DNA of 12,518 nucleotides from a virus (IMGVR_UViG_2526164688_000041), one strand, 5' to 3'; positions 1 to 7,648 are shown, counted from the stretch's first letter. Notes: generated by a model from the sequence alone, not told the origin. Numbers and translations: made by a program.

Positions 1-339
1 ATGTCATATCTGAATTTAAGACTTTACCAGCGAAACACACAATGCTTGCATATTCGTAAGCATCGTTTGGCTGGTTTTTTTGTCCGGCTCTTTGTCGCCT
101 GTGCTTTTGCCGCACAGACACCTTTGTCATCTGCCGAACTCTATTTTAATCCGCGCTTTTTAGCGGATGATCCCCAGGCTGTGGCTGATTTATCGCGTTT
201 TGAAAATGGGCAAGAATTACCGCCAGGGACGTATCGTGTCGATATCTATTTGAATAATGGTTATATGGCAACGCGTGATGTCACATTTAATACGGGCGAC
301 AGCGAACAAGGGATTGTTCCCTGCCTGACACGCGCGTAA
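1..339 (+). pseudogene. fimD: 5' fragment (first 112 codons) of a fimbrial outer-membrane usher gene, FimD-like; frame ends at TAA 337-339 where phage DNA begins
   Basis: Translation MSYLNLRLYQRNTQCLHIRKHRLAGFFVRL...GIVPCLTRA matches, from memory, the N-terminus of E. coli type 1 fimbrial usher FimD with a few substitutions. Ushers are roughly 850 aa, so 112 aa is a truncation. An oppositely oriented integrase gene ends 48 bp downstream. Confidence 0.6.
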
Positions 340-386
340 CGTGACAGGGATTAAGGGTAAACTAACTGATTTTGCAAGTTTTTATT

Positions 387-1673
387 TTACCCAACTTTCT
401 TATGGGGCATACATGGGACACTTTCAGATAGTCTTTTGTTAAGGAGTTCTATCTGTTCGTGATTGTTGTCTTTCATCCATGCTCCGTAAACATTGAATAC
501 CATTTGTGCGTTTGTGTGGCCCATCTGGCTTGCGATAAAACTAGGATTAGCTCCTGCGGCAAGTGACCAGCATGCATAAGTATGCCTGGATTGGTACGAT
601 TTTCTGTGTCTCAGACCTGCGCGTTTTAAGATACTTGTCCATGACTCCCTGATGGAGTCAACCTTGTAGTGAGGTCCGGACAACTGCTGCTGTTTTGTTA
701 CCTGAGGACTAAAAACAAAAGTGCATTTATGCACAGCAGTTCTCCCATATTCCCTCTGCTTCACCTCTACAGAATGTTGCTTTCCAAGCATGGTCATTTC
801 CGCCTGGCTTTTAAGAGCATCAATAGCTGGTTGAACCAGATGAATTGTCCTTCCGGTGCCTGCATCGGTTTTTGGTGGAGTGAATTCGCCAAGTTTTGTA
901 TAATTTCTACGGATGGTTATAGTCCTTGCTTTAAGGTCTATATCTTCCCATGCCAGCGATACCAACTCCCCGTGACGAATACCCGTGTATACAGCGAGAA
1001 TCCACAGGTTTTTTGTTTGTTGATGACGGCAAGCCTCAATAAAACGAATAAATTCGTCACGGGTGAGAGGATCTGGTTTTACCTTGGACTTTTTTAAGGG
1101 AGCCAGACCGTTAAATGGGTTTCCTGAGGTATAACCATTATCTGTTGCAAATTGAAACATTCCAGCTATGGTTGTCATATAGTAGTTTACCGTGACCACT
1201 GAGCGCCCTTTTATGGAAGAAGTCTTTCCATTAGAAAGCTTTTGGTAACCGGTCAACAAATCTCTCCTTACGAAAAGTAAATCCTCTTTTGTTATGGATG
1301 AAACCAGTTTTTTTTCACCTAACATTGGTAACATGTTTTTAATTACTGACTGGTAACGGTTAAGTGCATTCGCACAAATCTCAATTTTCTTAAGGTCCAA
1401 CCATTTTTCCGAAAGTGCCTTAACGGTTATCTCTCTTTTTCCCAGACCAAAGTGTTTCAGGTTAGGGGAATTAGGGAACTGCGCGGCGTAGTCGAAACTC
1501 CCCATTCTGATTGCAAAACAAACGGAAGTGCGAAGTTCACCAGCGATCTTCCGGTTTTTGGCTGTGTCAGGAACACCGAGGTTTTCTCTGACACGTTTGC
1601 CATTATAGTGAAACCATATACGGAGTGATCCTCCATGGTTTTCAACGCCTGTCGGGTATGATGCGTTACTCAT
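387..1673 (-). CDS. int: Phage integrase, tyrosine site-specific recombinase (lambda/Rac IntR-like)
   Basis: 428-aa ORF with ATG at 1673 and a GGGAGG Shine-Dalgarno 4 nt upstream. N-terminal region resembles arm-binding domains of lambdoid integrases (..GSLRIWFHYNGKRVRENLG..FDYAAQFPNS..). C-terminal catalytic region carries conserved motifs (..TGIRHGEL.., ..SRHTYACW.., ..NVYGAW..). It sits at the prophage end next to the disrupted host gene. Confidence 0.9.
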   Translation of the reverse strand: MSNASYPTGVENHGGSLRIWFHYNGKRVRENLGVPDTAKNRKIAGELRTSVCFAIRMGSFDYAAQFPNSPNLKHFGLGKREITVKALSEKWLDLKKIEICANALNRYQSVIKNMLPMLGEKKLVSSITKEDLLFVRRDLLTGYQKLSNGKTSSIKGRSVVTVNYYMTTIAGMFQFATDNGYTSGNPFNGLAPLKKSKVKPDPLTRDEFIRFIEACRHQQTKNLWILAVYTGIRHGELVSLAWEDIDLKARTITIRRNYTKLGEFTPPKTDAGTGRTIHLVQPAIDALKSQAEMTMLGKQHSVEVKQREYGRTAVHKCTFVFSPQVTKQQQLSGPHYKVDSIRESWTSILKRAGLRHRKSYQSRHTYACWSLAAGANPSFIASQMGHTNAQMVFNVYGAWMKDNNHEQIELLNKRLSESVPCMPHKKVG

Positions 1674-1706
1674 TAAACCTCCCAGACGTCCAGGAGCATT
1701 AACAGG

Positions 1707-1961
1707 TTAACCGGAACTTGCATTTTTGGCACCTGGTTGTTTCTGGTTTTCGATCCATCGCATAATTTCTTCGATGTTGTACAGGCATTCACTGTAGTGC
1801 CCCGGATCACCTTCTACAGCGTAATGGCGGTATTCTTTTCCCTGCATCCATGACTTTCTTCTTGCCCGCTCAATGGTGCCAGGCTTTAGCCCTGTTGATG
1901 CAATGAGGACTCTCTCCGTACACCATTTGCTGGGGGTTATCAGATAGATGATTGTCTGCAT
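1707..1961 (-). CDS. xis: Excisionase (Xis)-like small DNA-binding protein
   Basis: 84-aa ORF immediately upstream of int on the same strand, ATG at 1961 with GAGG SD. The ..GKEYRHYAVEG.. segment resembles the GREY-type wing region of lambda-like Xis proteins; small and basic. Assignment rests on position plus that weak motif. Confidence 0.6.
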   Translation of the reverse strand: MQTIIYLITPSKWCTERVLIASTGLKPGTIERARRKSWMQGKEYRHYAVEGDPGHYSECLYNIEEIMRWIENQKQPGAKNASSG

Positions 1962-1979
1962 GCCAACCTCATAAAATTT

Positions 1980-2114
1980 TCATCCACGGCAGTGGCACCA
2001 CACTTCAAACATTCGCTTCACAACTTCACGACAGTAGAAGCCGTCAACATCTCGCGTCAGGTCATAGCGATTGCCGTAACGCTGGTGGACCCATCGTTCA
2101 AATGCTTTATTCAT
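1980..2114 (-). CDS. Small hypothetical protein (44 aa, Cys/His-rich C-terminus, possible zinc-binding peptide)
   Basis: Below the ORF-track size cutoff; found by manual translation: MNKAFERWVHQRYGNRYDLTRDVDGFYCREVVKRMFEVWCHCRG. ATG at 2114 is preceded by an AAGGAAG SD at about 9 nt. Tightly packed between xis and the next ORF. Confidence 0.3.
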   Translation of the reverse strand: MNKAFERWVHQRYGNRYDLTRDVDGFYCREVVKRMFEVWCHCRG

Positions 2115-2117
2115 TCT

Positions 2118-2360
2118 TTACTTCCTTTTTATGGCTCGTAATTTTTTCAGGTGCTTTTCCTGCTCAGTGTTCGCGAGAATTTTGCGGTACTCCTGGTGGT
2201 CAATATGTTCGAACAGGCAGTTTAACTCACCAATGCGTACCCGCCCGGATCGTCCGTCCATCCGTCGAAAGAACACTGAGTGCTCAGTGATGCGAGTAAT
2301 CACCACGGGGTATCCAGCTCTGTCCGTGTATATCTGACCGCGTTGAATCAAAGCGAACAT
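2118..2360 (-). CDS. Small hypothetical phage protein (about 80 aa; possibly DUF4222-like)
   Basis: ORF-track frame 2118..2396 begins at a TTG with no SD. The first ATG (2360) gives MFALIQRGQIYTDRAGYPVVITRITEHSVFFRRMDGRSGRVRIGEL.., which looks like small early lambdoid proteins. Start and family are uncertain. Confidence 0.4.
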   Translation of the reverse strand: MFALIQRGQIYTDRAGYPVVITRITEHSVFFRRMDGRSGRVRIGELNCLFEHIDHQEYRKILANTEQEKHLKKLRAIKRK

Positions 2361-2444
2361 GTGGTTATCCCCATCGACAAATCGAGAACACAACAAACGC
2401 TGCTGCGAAGACCACCCCCAGAGTTACGATTGCATCAGGCCAGC

Positions 2445-3077
2445 TCATTGATTCACCTCCTGCCTGTCGTCCGGCATTCGCTCACTACAGCTTATCCAAC
2501 CATCCGGAGTTACCGGAGAATTGCCATTTACCAAATCAGCTCGAACATATAGCGTGTCATCATGGTGCTGATTGTGGCTGCACCACGTTAATTCGCTTAA
2601 CTCGCCATCTTCTGGCCATACTCCAGCTGTTTGCAGCCAGATATGGGCTGGCGCATCCTGGCAAGGTGTATTAACTGGAAACTTGTAAGTTTGGCTTACA
2701 GGTTGGCTACCCTGAAGCATGGCGGCGCGGCAGGCGTTCCAGCCATCTGCGTAACAATCTCTGTGTGTCTTGAAATATGTCACCGCCCTTGGTACATCGT
2801 TTACGTCTATTTCATCCGGCACAACCGGCGCAGGTGAGTCAGCATAAACAGGAATAACGTCCGGTTGCTCTTTATTGCTTTCATCCGTTAAAGCCCAGAA
2901 TAATTTCCCGGCCGGATGTTTGAAAATATAAGCAACTGGTTCTGCTTCCAGCGATGCCAGAGCAATTCGTGCCAGTTCTTCCGCTTCTTCTGCTGGCAGT
3001 ACAACGTTGCTACCAGGTCCGTATGTTTCGCGCCACTGCTTGATTGTCAGTAGTCGCTCTTTGGTAATAGTGATCAT
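2445..3077 (-). CDS. DUF551-type phage early protein (C-terminal ..PDGWISCSERMPDD.. motif)
   Basis: 210-aa ORF. Its ATG at 3077 overlaps the stop of the upstream gene (ATGA), indicating translational coupling. The C-terminal W-x-S-x-x-E-R-(L/M)-P-D pattern is typical of DUF551 domains seen in lambdoid early regions (from memory). Confidence 0.6.
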   Translation of the reverse strand: MITITKERLLTIKQWRETYGPGSNVVLPAEEAEELARIALASLEAEPVAYIFKHPAGKLFWALTDESNKEQPDVIPVYADSPAPVVPDEIDVNDVPRAVTYFKTHRDCYADGWNACRAAMLQGSQPVSQTYKFPVNTPCQDAPAHIWLQTAGVWPEDGELSELTWCSHNQHHDDTLYVRADLVNGNSPVTPDGWISCSERMPDDRQEVNQ

Positions 3078-3589
3078 GCCGCGTTTCCTTCTTTCTTATT
3101 AACAATTACACCGTCATATATTTCATTAAGGTGCCCTCTCAACTCCATGCGCCTTAATGCAGATAACATGTAATCGCATTCAACCTGCTTATTTCCAGTA
3201 AATGGCTTATCGTCAGGTTTACCCCAACAGCAATTACCCTTGGGCCACCCATGTACTTTCCGTACTCTTCCGTTAACAACGTGAAGTAATCCCCAGCCAG
3301 GTGGTAAATCCTCAATTGAAATAATTCCCGGCTCACTAATAAAGAATCGCCAGTCGCCCATTCCAAGAGACGGATTTTTACGAAAACGCTTTTTTCTATC
3401 TGCCAACAAGTCAGCACGAGAACACTTCGCCTCTATCAGGCATGATGCTGAATTTCTGAATCCCATAGCATCTGGCTGTTCTCCGGTACTGGTTACAGCT
3501 ATAAAGCGGTCATGAAAACAAACCTTGAACCCGTTGCGCTTAAGGAACTTGTACGCAATCTGACAGAGTTCGCGGTGTGTTAACGCCAT
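3074..3589 (-). CDS. PD-(D/E)xK-fold nuclease-like protein (possibly MmcB/VRR-NUC-like)
   Basis: Preferred start is ATG at 3589, with a GGAGA SD 5 nt upstream; the ORF-track start at 3610 is a TTG. The 171-aa protein carries ..GEQPD(40)AMGF...CLIE(53)AK(55)CS.., a canonical PD-x(12)-ExK motif with the expected spacing. Sub-family assignment is tentative. Confidence 0.6.
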   Translation of the reverse strand: MALTHRELCQIAYKFLKRNGFKVCFHDRFIAVTSTGEQPDAMGFRNSASCLIEAKCSRADLLADRKKRFRKNPSLGMGDWRFFISEPGIISIEDLPPGWGLLHVVNGRVRKVHGWPKGNCCWGKPDDKPFTGNKQVECDYMLSALRRMELRGHLNEIYDGVIVNKKEGNAA

Positions 3590-3590
3590 A

Positions 3591-4319
3591 TCACTCTCCT
3601 TTGATGCCAATGTTTACAGACTGGCAAGCCTCTTTGAGCACCCAGTCAACAGCGTCTTTCCATGCTCCGGTTTCGACTGGCGGATTCTCACGCTTTACCT
3701 GCTCATAAAAACGCACCGCTTTAATCAGTCCTTCAGGTACTACTGGCGATGGCTGTTTAGCTTCTAAATCAGCAATTCTGTCAACTACGGCATCTACTGC
3801 ATCTGAAAAACCGAACCAGTTACTCCACTCAGGCCTATCCCCGGTTGCTGCAAAATACATATCAGCTAAAGCAGACTCAGCATGGTCACGCTCGTTAATG
3901 AGTTGCTCTTCGCTTTTCTCCAGTTCAGCAATACGCTTCTCTGCGGCCTCTGCCCTGCATTGTTCCCGTTGGAACATTTTGTGGGTGCGGTCGAGCGCCT
4001 CAAGTCTAGCTGCTGATGTTTTCTCTTCTGCTTCAAGCTCAACGCGCAGCTTCCCAACCGTAAGCGCAATATCCTCGTTCTCCTGGTCGCGGCGTTTGAT
4101 GTATTGCTGGTTTCTTTCCCGTTCATCCAGTAGTGCCAGCACGGTTTCTGGTCCGGTCAGAAATTTGAAGGCATTGAGCGCATCAATATCCACACCGTAA
4201 TCTTTAAGTTCCTGTTCACTTAACAAATCATCATCAGCTGGCAACATTAACAGGCGTTCCATTGCTGGAATTGCACGTTCCGCCACCTCACGCAGTGCCT
4301 GGTAATTAATTTCGCTCAC
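3591..4319 (-). CDS. Ead/Ea22-like early protein (coiled-coil rich), paralog 1
   Basis: 242 aa. GTG start at 4319 overlaps the stop of the upstream paralog (GTGA). N-terminus (V/M)SEINYQALREVAERA is typical of Ead/Ea22-like lambdoid early proteins; central region is Ala/Glu/Leu-rich and predicted coiled-coil. Confidence 0.7.
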   Translation of the reverse strand: MSEINYQALREVAERAIPAMERLLMLPADDDLLSEQELKDYGVDIDALNAFKFLTGPETVLALLDERERNQQYIKRRDQENEDIALTVGKLRVELEAEEKTSAARLEALDRTHKMFQREQCRAEAAEKRIAELEKSEEQLINERDHAESALADMYFAATGDRPEWSNWFGFSDAVDAVVDRIADLEAKQPSPVVPEGLIKAVRFYEQVKRENPPVETGAWKDAVDWVLKEACQSVNIGIKGE

Positions 4320-4996
4320 TGGTTGCCTCCTTTGCGAAGCTGGGCAGCAAAGTCAACTAACCACTCAGTCATTTCAACCTTCCCTACCAGGTCTGAACCA
4401 GGGTACATACAGCAATCACTCTGCGCCGCTTTGAAATCCTTATACTCATATTCTTGGGCCACCAGATTTTTTGCAGCTTCTATAGCAGCATCCACCCCCT
4501 GCGCCCGGACTTCAGCCAGGAAAGCATCAGTGGTTGGCGTTTCAGGTATCTGTCTCCTCATCCGTTCTATTGCATGATTGAACCCGAAGTCTTCCGCGAG
4601 AGATACGTCATCCATATTGTCATTGTCATCCTCAATATCCCGTAATTCTGGAATTGCAGACTTTATTCCCGCATTCTCCGCTGCCAGCGCCGCGCACTTG
4701 GCTTCAAGAGCGGCAACCACTTCCTGATGGTCTTTGTACTTAACGTATGAGCCGGAGATGTCATCACCTTCGGTGTTTAGCCATGCGTCATTGCAATTCA
4801 CTGCGTAGGTTCTGATGCTGATGCTCTCCCGCCCCTGACAGACGCCAGGCCAGTCAATAAAGTATCCGCAATGCCTACCCTCAGACGTGCGCGCAGGATA
4901 AATGCCGTTATGACCCGGCAAAATATATGCTACCCATTCATCTTGCGTTGCCTGTTCCGCCGCCTCGCGCAGTTCTTGATAGTCAATCTTGCTCAC
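4316..4996 (-). CDS. Ead/Ea22-like early protein, paralog 2
   Basis: GTG start at 4996 is preceded by AAGGAGG and overlaps the upstream stop (GTGA), the same junction as paralog 1. N-terminus VSKIDYQELREAAEQA; C-terminus ..AAQLRKGGNQ. The ORF-track extension to ATG 5029 would overlap the upstream gene by 37 nt and is less likely. Confidence 0.7.
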   Translation of the reverse strand: MSKIDYQELREAAEQATQDEWVAYILPGHNGIYPARTSEGRHCGYFIDWPGVCQGRESISIRTYAVNCNDAWLNTEGDDISGSYVKYKDHQEVVAALEAKCAALAAENAGIKSAIPELRDIEDDNDNMDDVSLAEDFGFNHAIERMRRQIPETPTTDAFLAEVRAQGVDAAIEAAKNLVAQEYEYKDFKAAQSDCCMYPGSDLVGKVEMTEWLVDFAAQLRKGGNQ

Positions 4997-5604
4997 TGGT
5001 TGCCTCCTTTGCGAATCTGTTCCGCCCATTCTTCTAGGGATTTCTCCGCATATTCACCGGACAGGCCATCAATCGGGTGTGGTTCATTAGCCAACTCTTC
5101 TTTCGCTGACAGAATCATGCGTGTAACGTCGAAAACTTCACGTAAAGACTTATTGATAAATCCGTGATTGAAAGCAGCAGCAAGACGGCTTGCGGTATAG
5201 TTAATCCCCTCGTTGCGTGCTTCCGCACGAATTTCAGCCAGGAAAGCATCGGTGGCTGGAGTTTCGCTGTGGTGCAGGGCATCGTTGATAATCATTGCAG
5301 CAACACCAGCCTGCCCTGCATCCGTGACCGACACATGCTCAAGAGTTACGGCCATTGCGTGTTTCAGCCCCGCATTCTCCGCCGCCAGCGCCGAAAACTT
5401 CTCGTGTGCCAACTTAACAGCTGCTACAGCCTGCTTAATTGACTCAATCGCTTTCTGTTGGTCTTCGGACAGAGCCAAAATCTTGGCCTCCGCTTCAGCA
5501 AATTTACGCACCAGATATTCAGCATTTGTTTCATTCACTTTCAGATCTCGTGGTACACATTTCCCGCGAAGAAACCCTTCCATTTCGAAAACATTCATGC
5601 GCAT
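4993..5604 (-). CDS. Ead/Ea22-related protein, paralog 3 (shares central and C-terminal modules with paralog 2)
   Basis: 203 aa, ATG at 5604. Shares ..ALAAENAG(L/I)K.., ..ETP(A/T)TDAFLAE(I/V)RA.. and C-terminal ..Q(I/L)RKGGNQ with paralog 2, but has a different N-terminus. Confidence 0.6.
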   Translation of the reverse strand: MRMNVFEMEGFLRGKCVPRDLKVNETNAEYLVRKFAEAEAKILALSEDQQKAIESIKQAVAAVKLAHEKFSALAAENAGLKHAMAVTLEHVSVTDAGQAGVAAMIINDALHHSETPATDAFLAEIRAEARNEGINYTASRLAAAFNHGFINKSLREVFDVTRMILSAKEELANEPHPIDGLSGEYAEKSLEEWAEQIRKGGNQ

Positions 5605-6131
5605 GTGCGTAACTCCGATAACTCGTTAAAGCGCTCCATAAACATCCCGTAGGCATGGCTCGGAGCCAGTGGAATAACTTTGAACATTTCTGTTGCCGGG
5701 ATACCTTCCAGTACTGGCCAGAAAGAGCCATCATCAAGCCCGAGATCGCGGCGTTCGGTTGCCAGCATGATGAGATCGGCATATTTCACAGGCGTGCTCA
5801 TAACCGGGGGTAACCCGTATTTCTCACGGATTACGGCGTCTATTTTTTCTTCCATCCGTTTATAGTCAGGAAGAAGGCGTTTCAGTGGAGCGGGAATATC
5901 CTGGCAATACGCTTCTGTTGCATCATGCATTAACGCTTCAAAAGCAAATTCCTGCGGCACCAGCTGGCTGCAAAGAACCGCATGTTGGGCGACGCTGTAG
6001 AAGTGCGAAAGATGACCGGCAAAGCGACAGATATTTGAAAGGGAAACCGCGATATCGTTAATATCGATGTCGTCTTTATTTATCCTGTCATAATAAAAAT
6101 GCTTCCCAGAAAAAGTTTTGATAAATGACAT
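5595..6131 (-). CDS. HD-domain phosphohydrolase, YfdR-like (CPS-53 prophage family)
   Basis: ATG at 6131 with a GGAGA SD gives 178 aa, which matches my recollection of K-12 YfdR length. HD-domain signature is present: ..RFAGH..H..(28 aa)..MHDATEAY..D.. The ORF-track start (GTG 6158) adds 9 residues with no SD. Confidence 0.75.
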   Translation of the reverse strand: MSFIKTFSGKHFYYDRINKDDIDINDIAVSLSNICRFAGHLSHFYSVAQHAVLCSQLVPQEFAFEALMHDATEAYCQDIPAPLKRLLPDYKRMEEKIDAVIREKYGLPPVMSTPVKYADLIMLATERRDLGLDDGSFWPVLEGIPATEMFKVIPLAPSHAYGMFMERFNELSELRTCA

Positions 6132-6224
6132 TTTGTTCTCCACGTATATGCGCTGCACCGCGCTGAATTCTGGTAAAAAGAATCCCTCACCATCCGGCGA
6201 TTATTGAGTAAATTACGTTTCCAT

Positions 6225-6246
6225 AAATGCCCCCGCAGGGGCATTT
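6225..6246 (-). other. Perfect stem-loop (9-bp stem AAATGCCCC / GGGGCATTT, 4-nt loop) between the yfdQ-like stop and the yfdR-like start; weak terminator or RNA processing/stability element
   Basis: Read directly from sequence. GC-rich core of the stem is followed by only about 3 U on the minus-strand transcript, so it is a weak intrinsic terminator at best. Confidence 0.5.
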
Positions 6247-6258
6247 GCAGTAATGAAA

Positions 6259-7083
6259 TCAGGCGGTGAAAGTACCAATAAAGGTTTCTACTTTGCTGTC
6301 CTTGAATTTCTCAACAAGCAGATCACGAAATTCGTTAGCCATTTCTTCCTGCACCGCCTCCAGCTGAATAATGCGCAGAACCAGTACAGGACGATCGCCA
6401 GTGATAATGCTGAGGCGTAATTTAAACGGACGTTCTTTCAGACCTTCAAACGGAACGCATTTAAATTCAAATGCCACTGGCATAATATCTTTGGTCTTCG
6501 CTTCGACAGACTCCATCAGGGAGCGTTTGCCGCTGAAGTCATTATCTTCAAAATCAGCGGTCTGGTTTGCTTCAATCGTGATTTTACGGACCGCCGCAGC
6601 CGCTTTTGTTGCCTGAATAGCGTCACCATTAGCATCAAAGCCCACAAGGTAGTCGGCCCAGTCTTCAATCCATTCTGCCAGTGACTTCTGGGAGTTACGC
6701 TCGCCGTTAACAGACAACAGGGCAGAGAACGGTGCTGTCTTTTTCAGTTTGAGAGTGGCGGTGTTATCTGCGTGACCTGGTTCATCAATAGTACCCAGGT
6801 TAAGCACACTGACTGCTCGCATATTATCGGCATCGATAAAGCAGCGGGTGCCTTCATCTGCAAGATCTTTAGAATAACGGGTAAAGTCATCGATGCTGGC
6901 AGTGGAAAGCGCACCACGGAAACGGAAGCGATTTAAATTAAATTTTTCCAGATCATGAATGCGGAAATTCTCAGGCAATGCCACAGCATCGGCACCAATC
7001 TTACTGATAATTTCATTAACACCCTGAGCAGAAATAAGGGCATGGATTTGATTAATTGCGGTTGCGTCTAAGTTCTGAGACAT
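6259..7083 (-). CDS. YfdQ-like protein (DUF2303 family), function unknown
   Basis: 274-aa ORF with ATG at 7083 and a GTGAGGA SD. Its length and its position directly upstream of the HD-domain gene mirror the yfdQ-yfdR arrangement of the E. coli K-12 CPS-53 prophage (from memory). Confidence 0.65.
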   Translation of the reverse strand: MSQNLDATAINQIHALISAQGVNEIISKIGADAVALPENFRIHDLEKFNLNRFRFRGALSTASIDDFTRYSKDLADEGTRCFIDADNMRAVSVLNLGTIDEPGHADNTATLKLKKTAPFSALLSVNGERNSQKSLAEWIEDWADYLVGFDANGDAIQATKAAAAVRKITIEANQTADFEDNDFSGKRSLMESVEAKTKDIMPVAFEFKCVPFEGLKERPFKLRLSIITGDRPVLVLRIIQLEAVQEEMANEFRDLLVEKFKDSKVETFIGTFTA

Positions 7084-7148
7084 AATAAGTCCTCACTATA
7101 TTAAGATATTCAGTGATGAGATAAATAATCAGTTAATTAAGAACGATA

Positions 7149-7511
7149 TTAATGACCTTCTGCGCGGAGTTTTCCGTCAGGTTCACCGGCAAGAGTCAGT
7201 AATTGTCCCTGGTCTTCCTGCAGAATAGTCAGGCGACCACCGCGATTGACATACATCGGCGTTTCGGTGGTGTCTTCTTCAGAAATTTTCCCGCGGTTAG
7301 TCGGGCGAACATATGAGAGTTTGTGTTTGATTTTCACACGGTTCTCATCAAACGGTTCGATTTCCAGGTTGAGCGAGACCTTACCTTTGGTTTTCGTGTT
7401 CATCACACCGGAAGCGACTTCACTGAGAACTGCGCCGATTTTGGTTTCAAATACGCCGCCGTCCAGCTCCCCGATAAATGCCTGCACATCAGTACTGCGT
7501 TCGCTAGCCAT
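7149..7511 (-). CDS. YfdP-like small early protein (120 aa), first gene of the early-left operon
   Basis: ATG at 7511 with a GAGGAG SD 7 nt upstream gives MASERSTDVQAFIGELDGG.. (120 aa). The 62-codon upstream extension in the ORF track starts at TTG inside a structured inverted repeat and is rejected. Confidence 0.55.
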   Translation of the reverse strand: MASERSTDVQAFIGELDGGVFETKIGAVLSEVASGVMNTKTKGKVSLNLEIEPFDENRVKIKHKLSYVRPTNRGKISEEDTTETPMYVNRGGRLTILQEDQGQLLTLAGEPDGKLRAEGH

Positions 7512-7559
7512 TTTGCTACTCCTCATCATATCGACCCTGCAAGGTCGGTTGGTTTCTCC

Positions 7560-7648
7560 ACAAAACAGAGAAGAACACCTGCGGTGGCAGCCGCCCGGAT
7601 GGATTGGGTTATGAGCCCGTCGTCCGGTGATGCTCTTCTCTGTTTTGT
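7560..7648 (-). repeat. Long inverted repeat (18-bp arms 7560-7577 / 7631-7648, one G-U) enclosing a 53-nt GC-rich segment with internal short stems; candidate structured leader RNA element
   Basis: Arms ACAAAACAGAGAAGAACA and TGCTCTTCTCTGTTTTGT are reverse complements apart from one wobble. The enclosed segment contains GCGG..CCGC and CCGGA..TCCGG stems. It lies between an intrinsic terminator and the SD of the yfdP-like gene. Confidence 0.45.

Noticed and set aside
330-390. tRNA or tmRNA gene as the integration target at the left prophage end
   Set aside because: No tRNA-like cloverleaf or conserved T-loop/CCA sequence is present between the usher fragment and the integrase stop. The junction lies inside a protein-coding gene instead.
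3898-4200. Plus-strand antisense ORFs inside well-supported minus-strand genes (for example 3898..4200, 4323..4577, 5213..5629, 669..1097, 6371..6616, 7246..7614, 7323..7727, 8297..8734, 8598..8957)
   Set aside because: They lie antisense to genes with good starts, SDs and recognisable domains; compositions are low-complexity (Ser/Ala/Cys-rich); no SD or operon logic. Likely artefacts of codon-biased opposite strands.
4997-5029. ATG 5029 as start of Ead/Ea22-like paralog 2
   Set aside because: It would overlap the upstream gene by 37 nt. GTG 4996 is preceded by AAGGAGG and reproduces the GTGA stop/start junction seen at 4316-4319.
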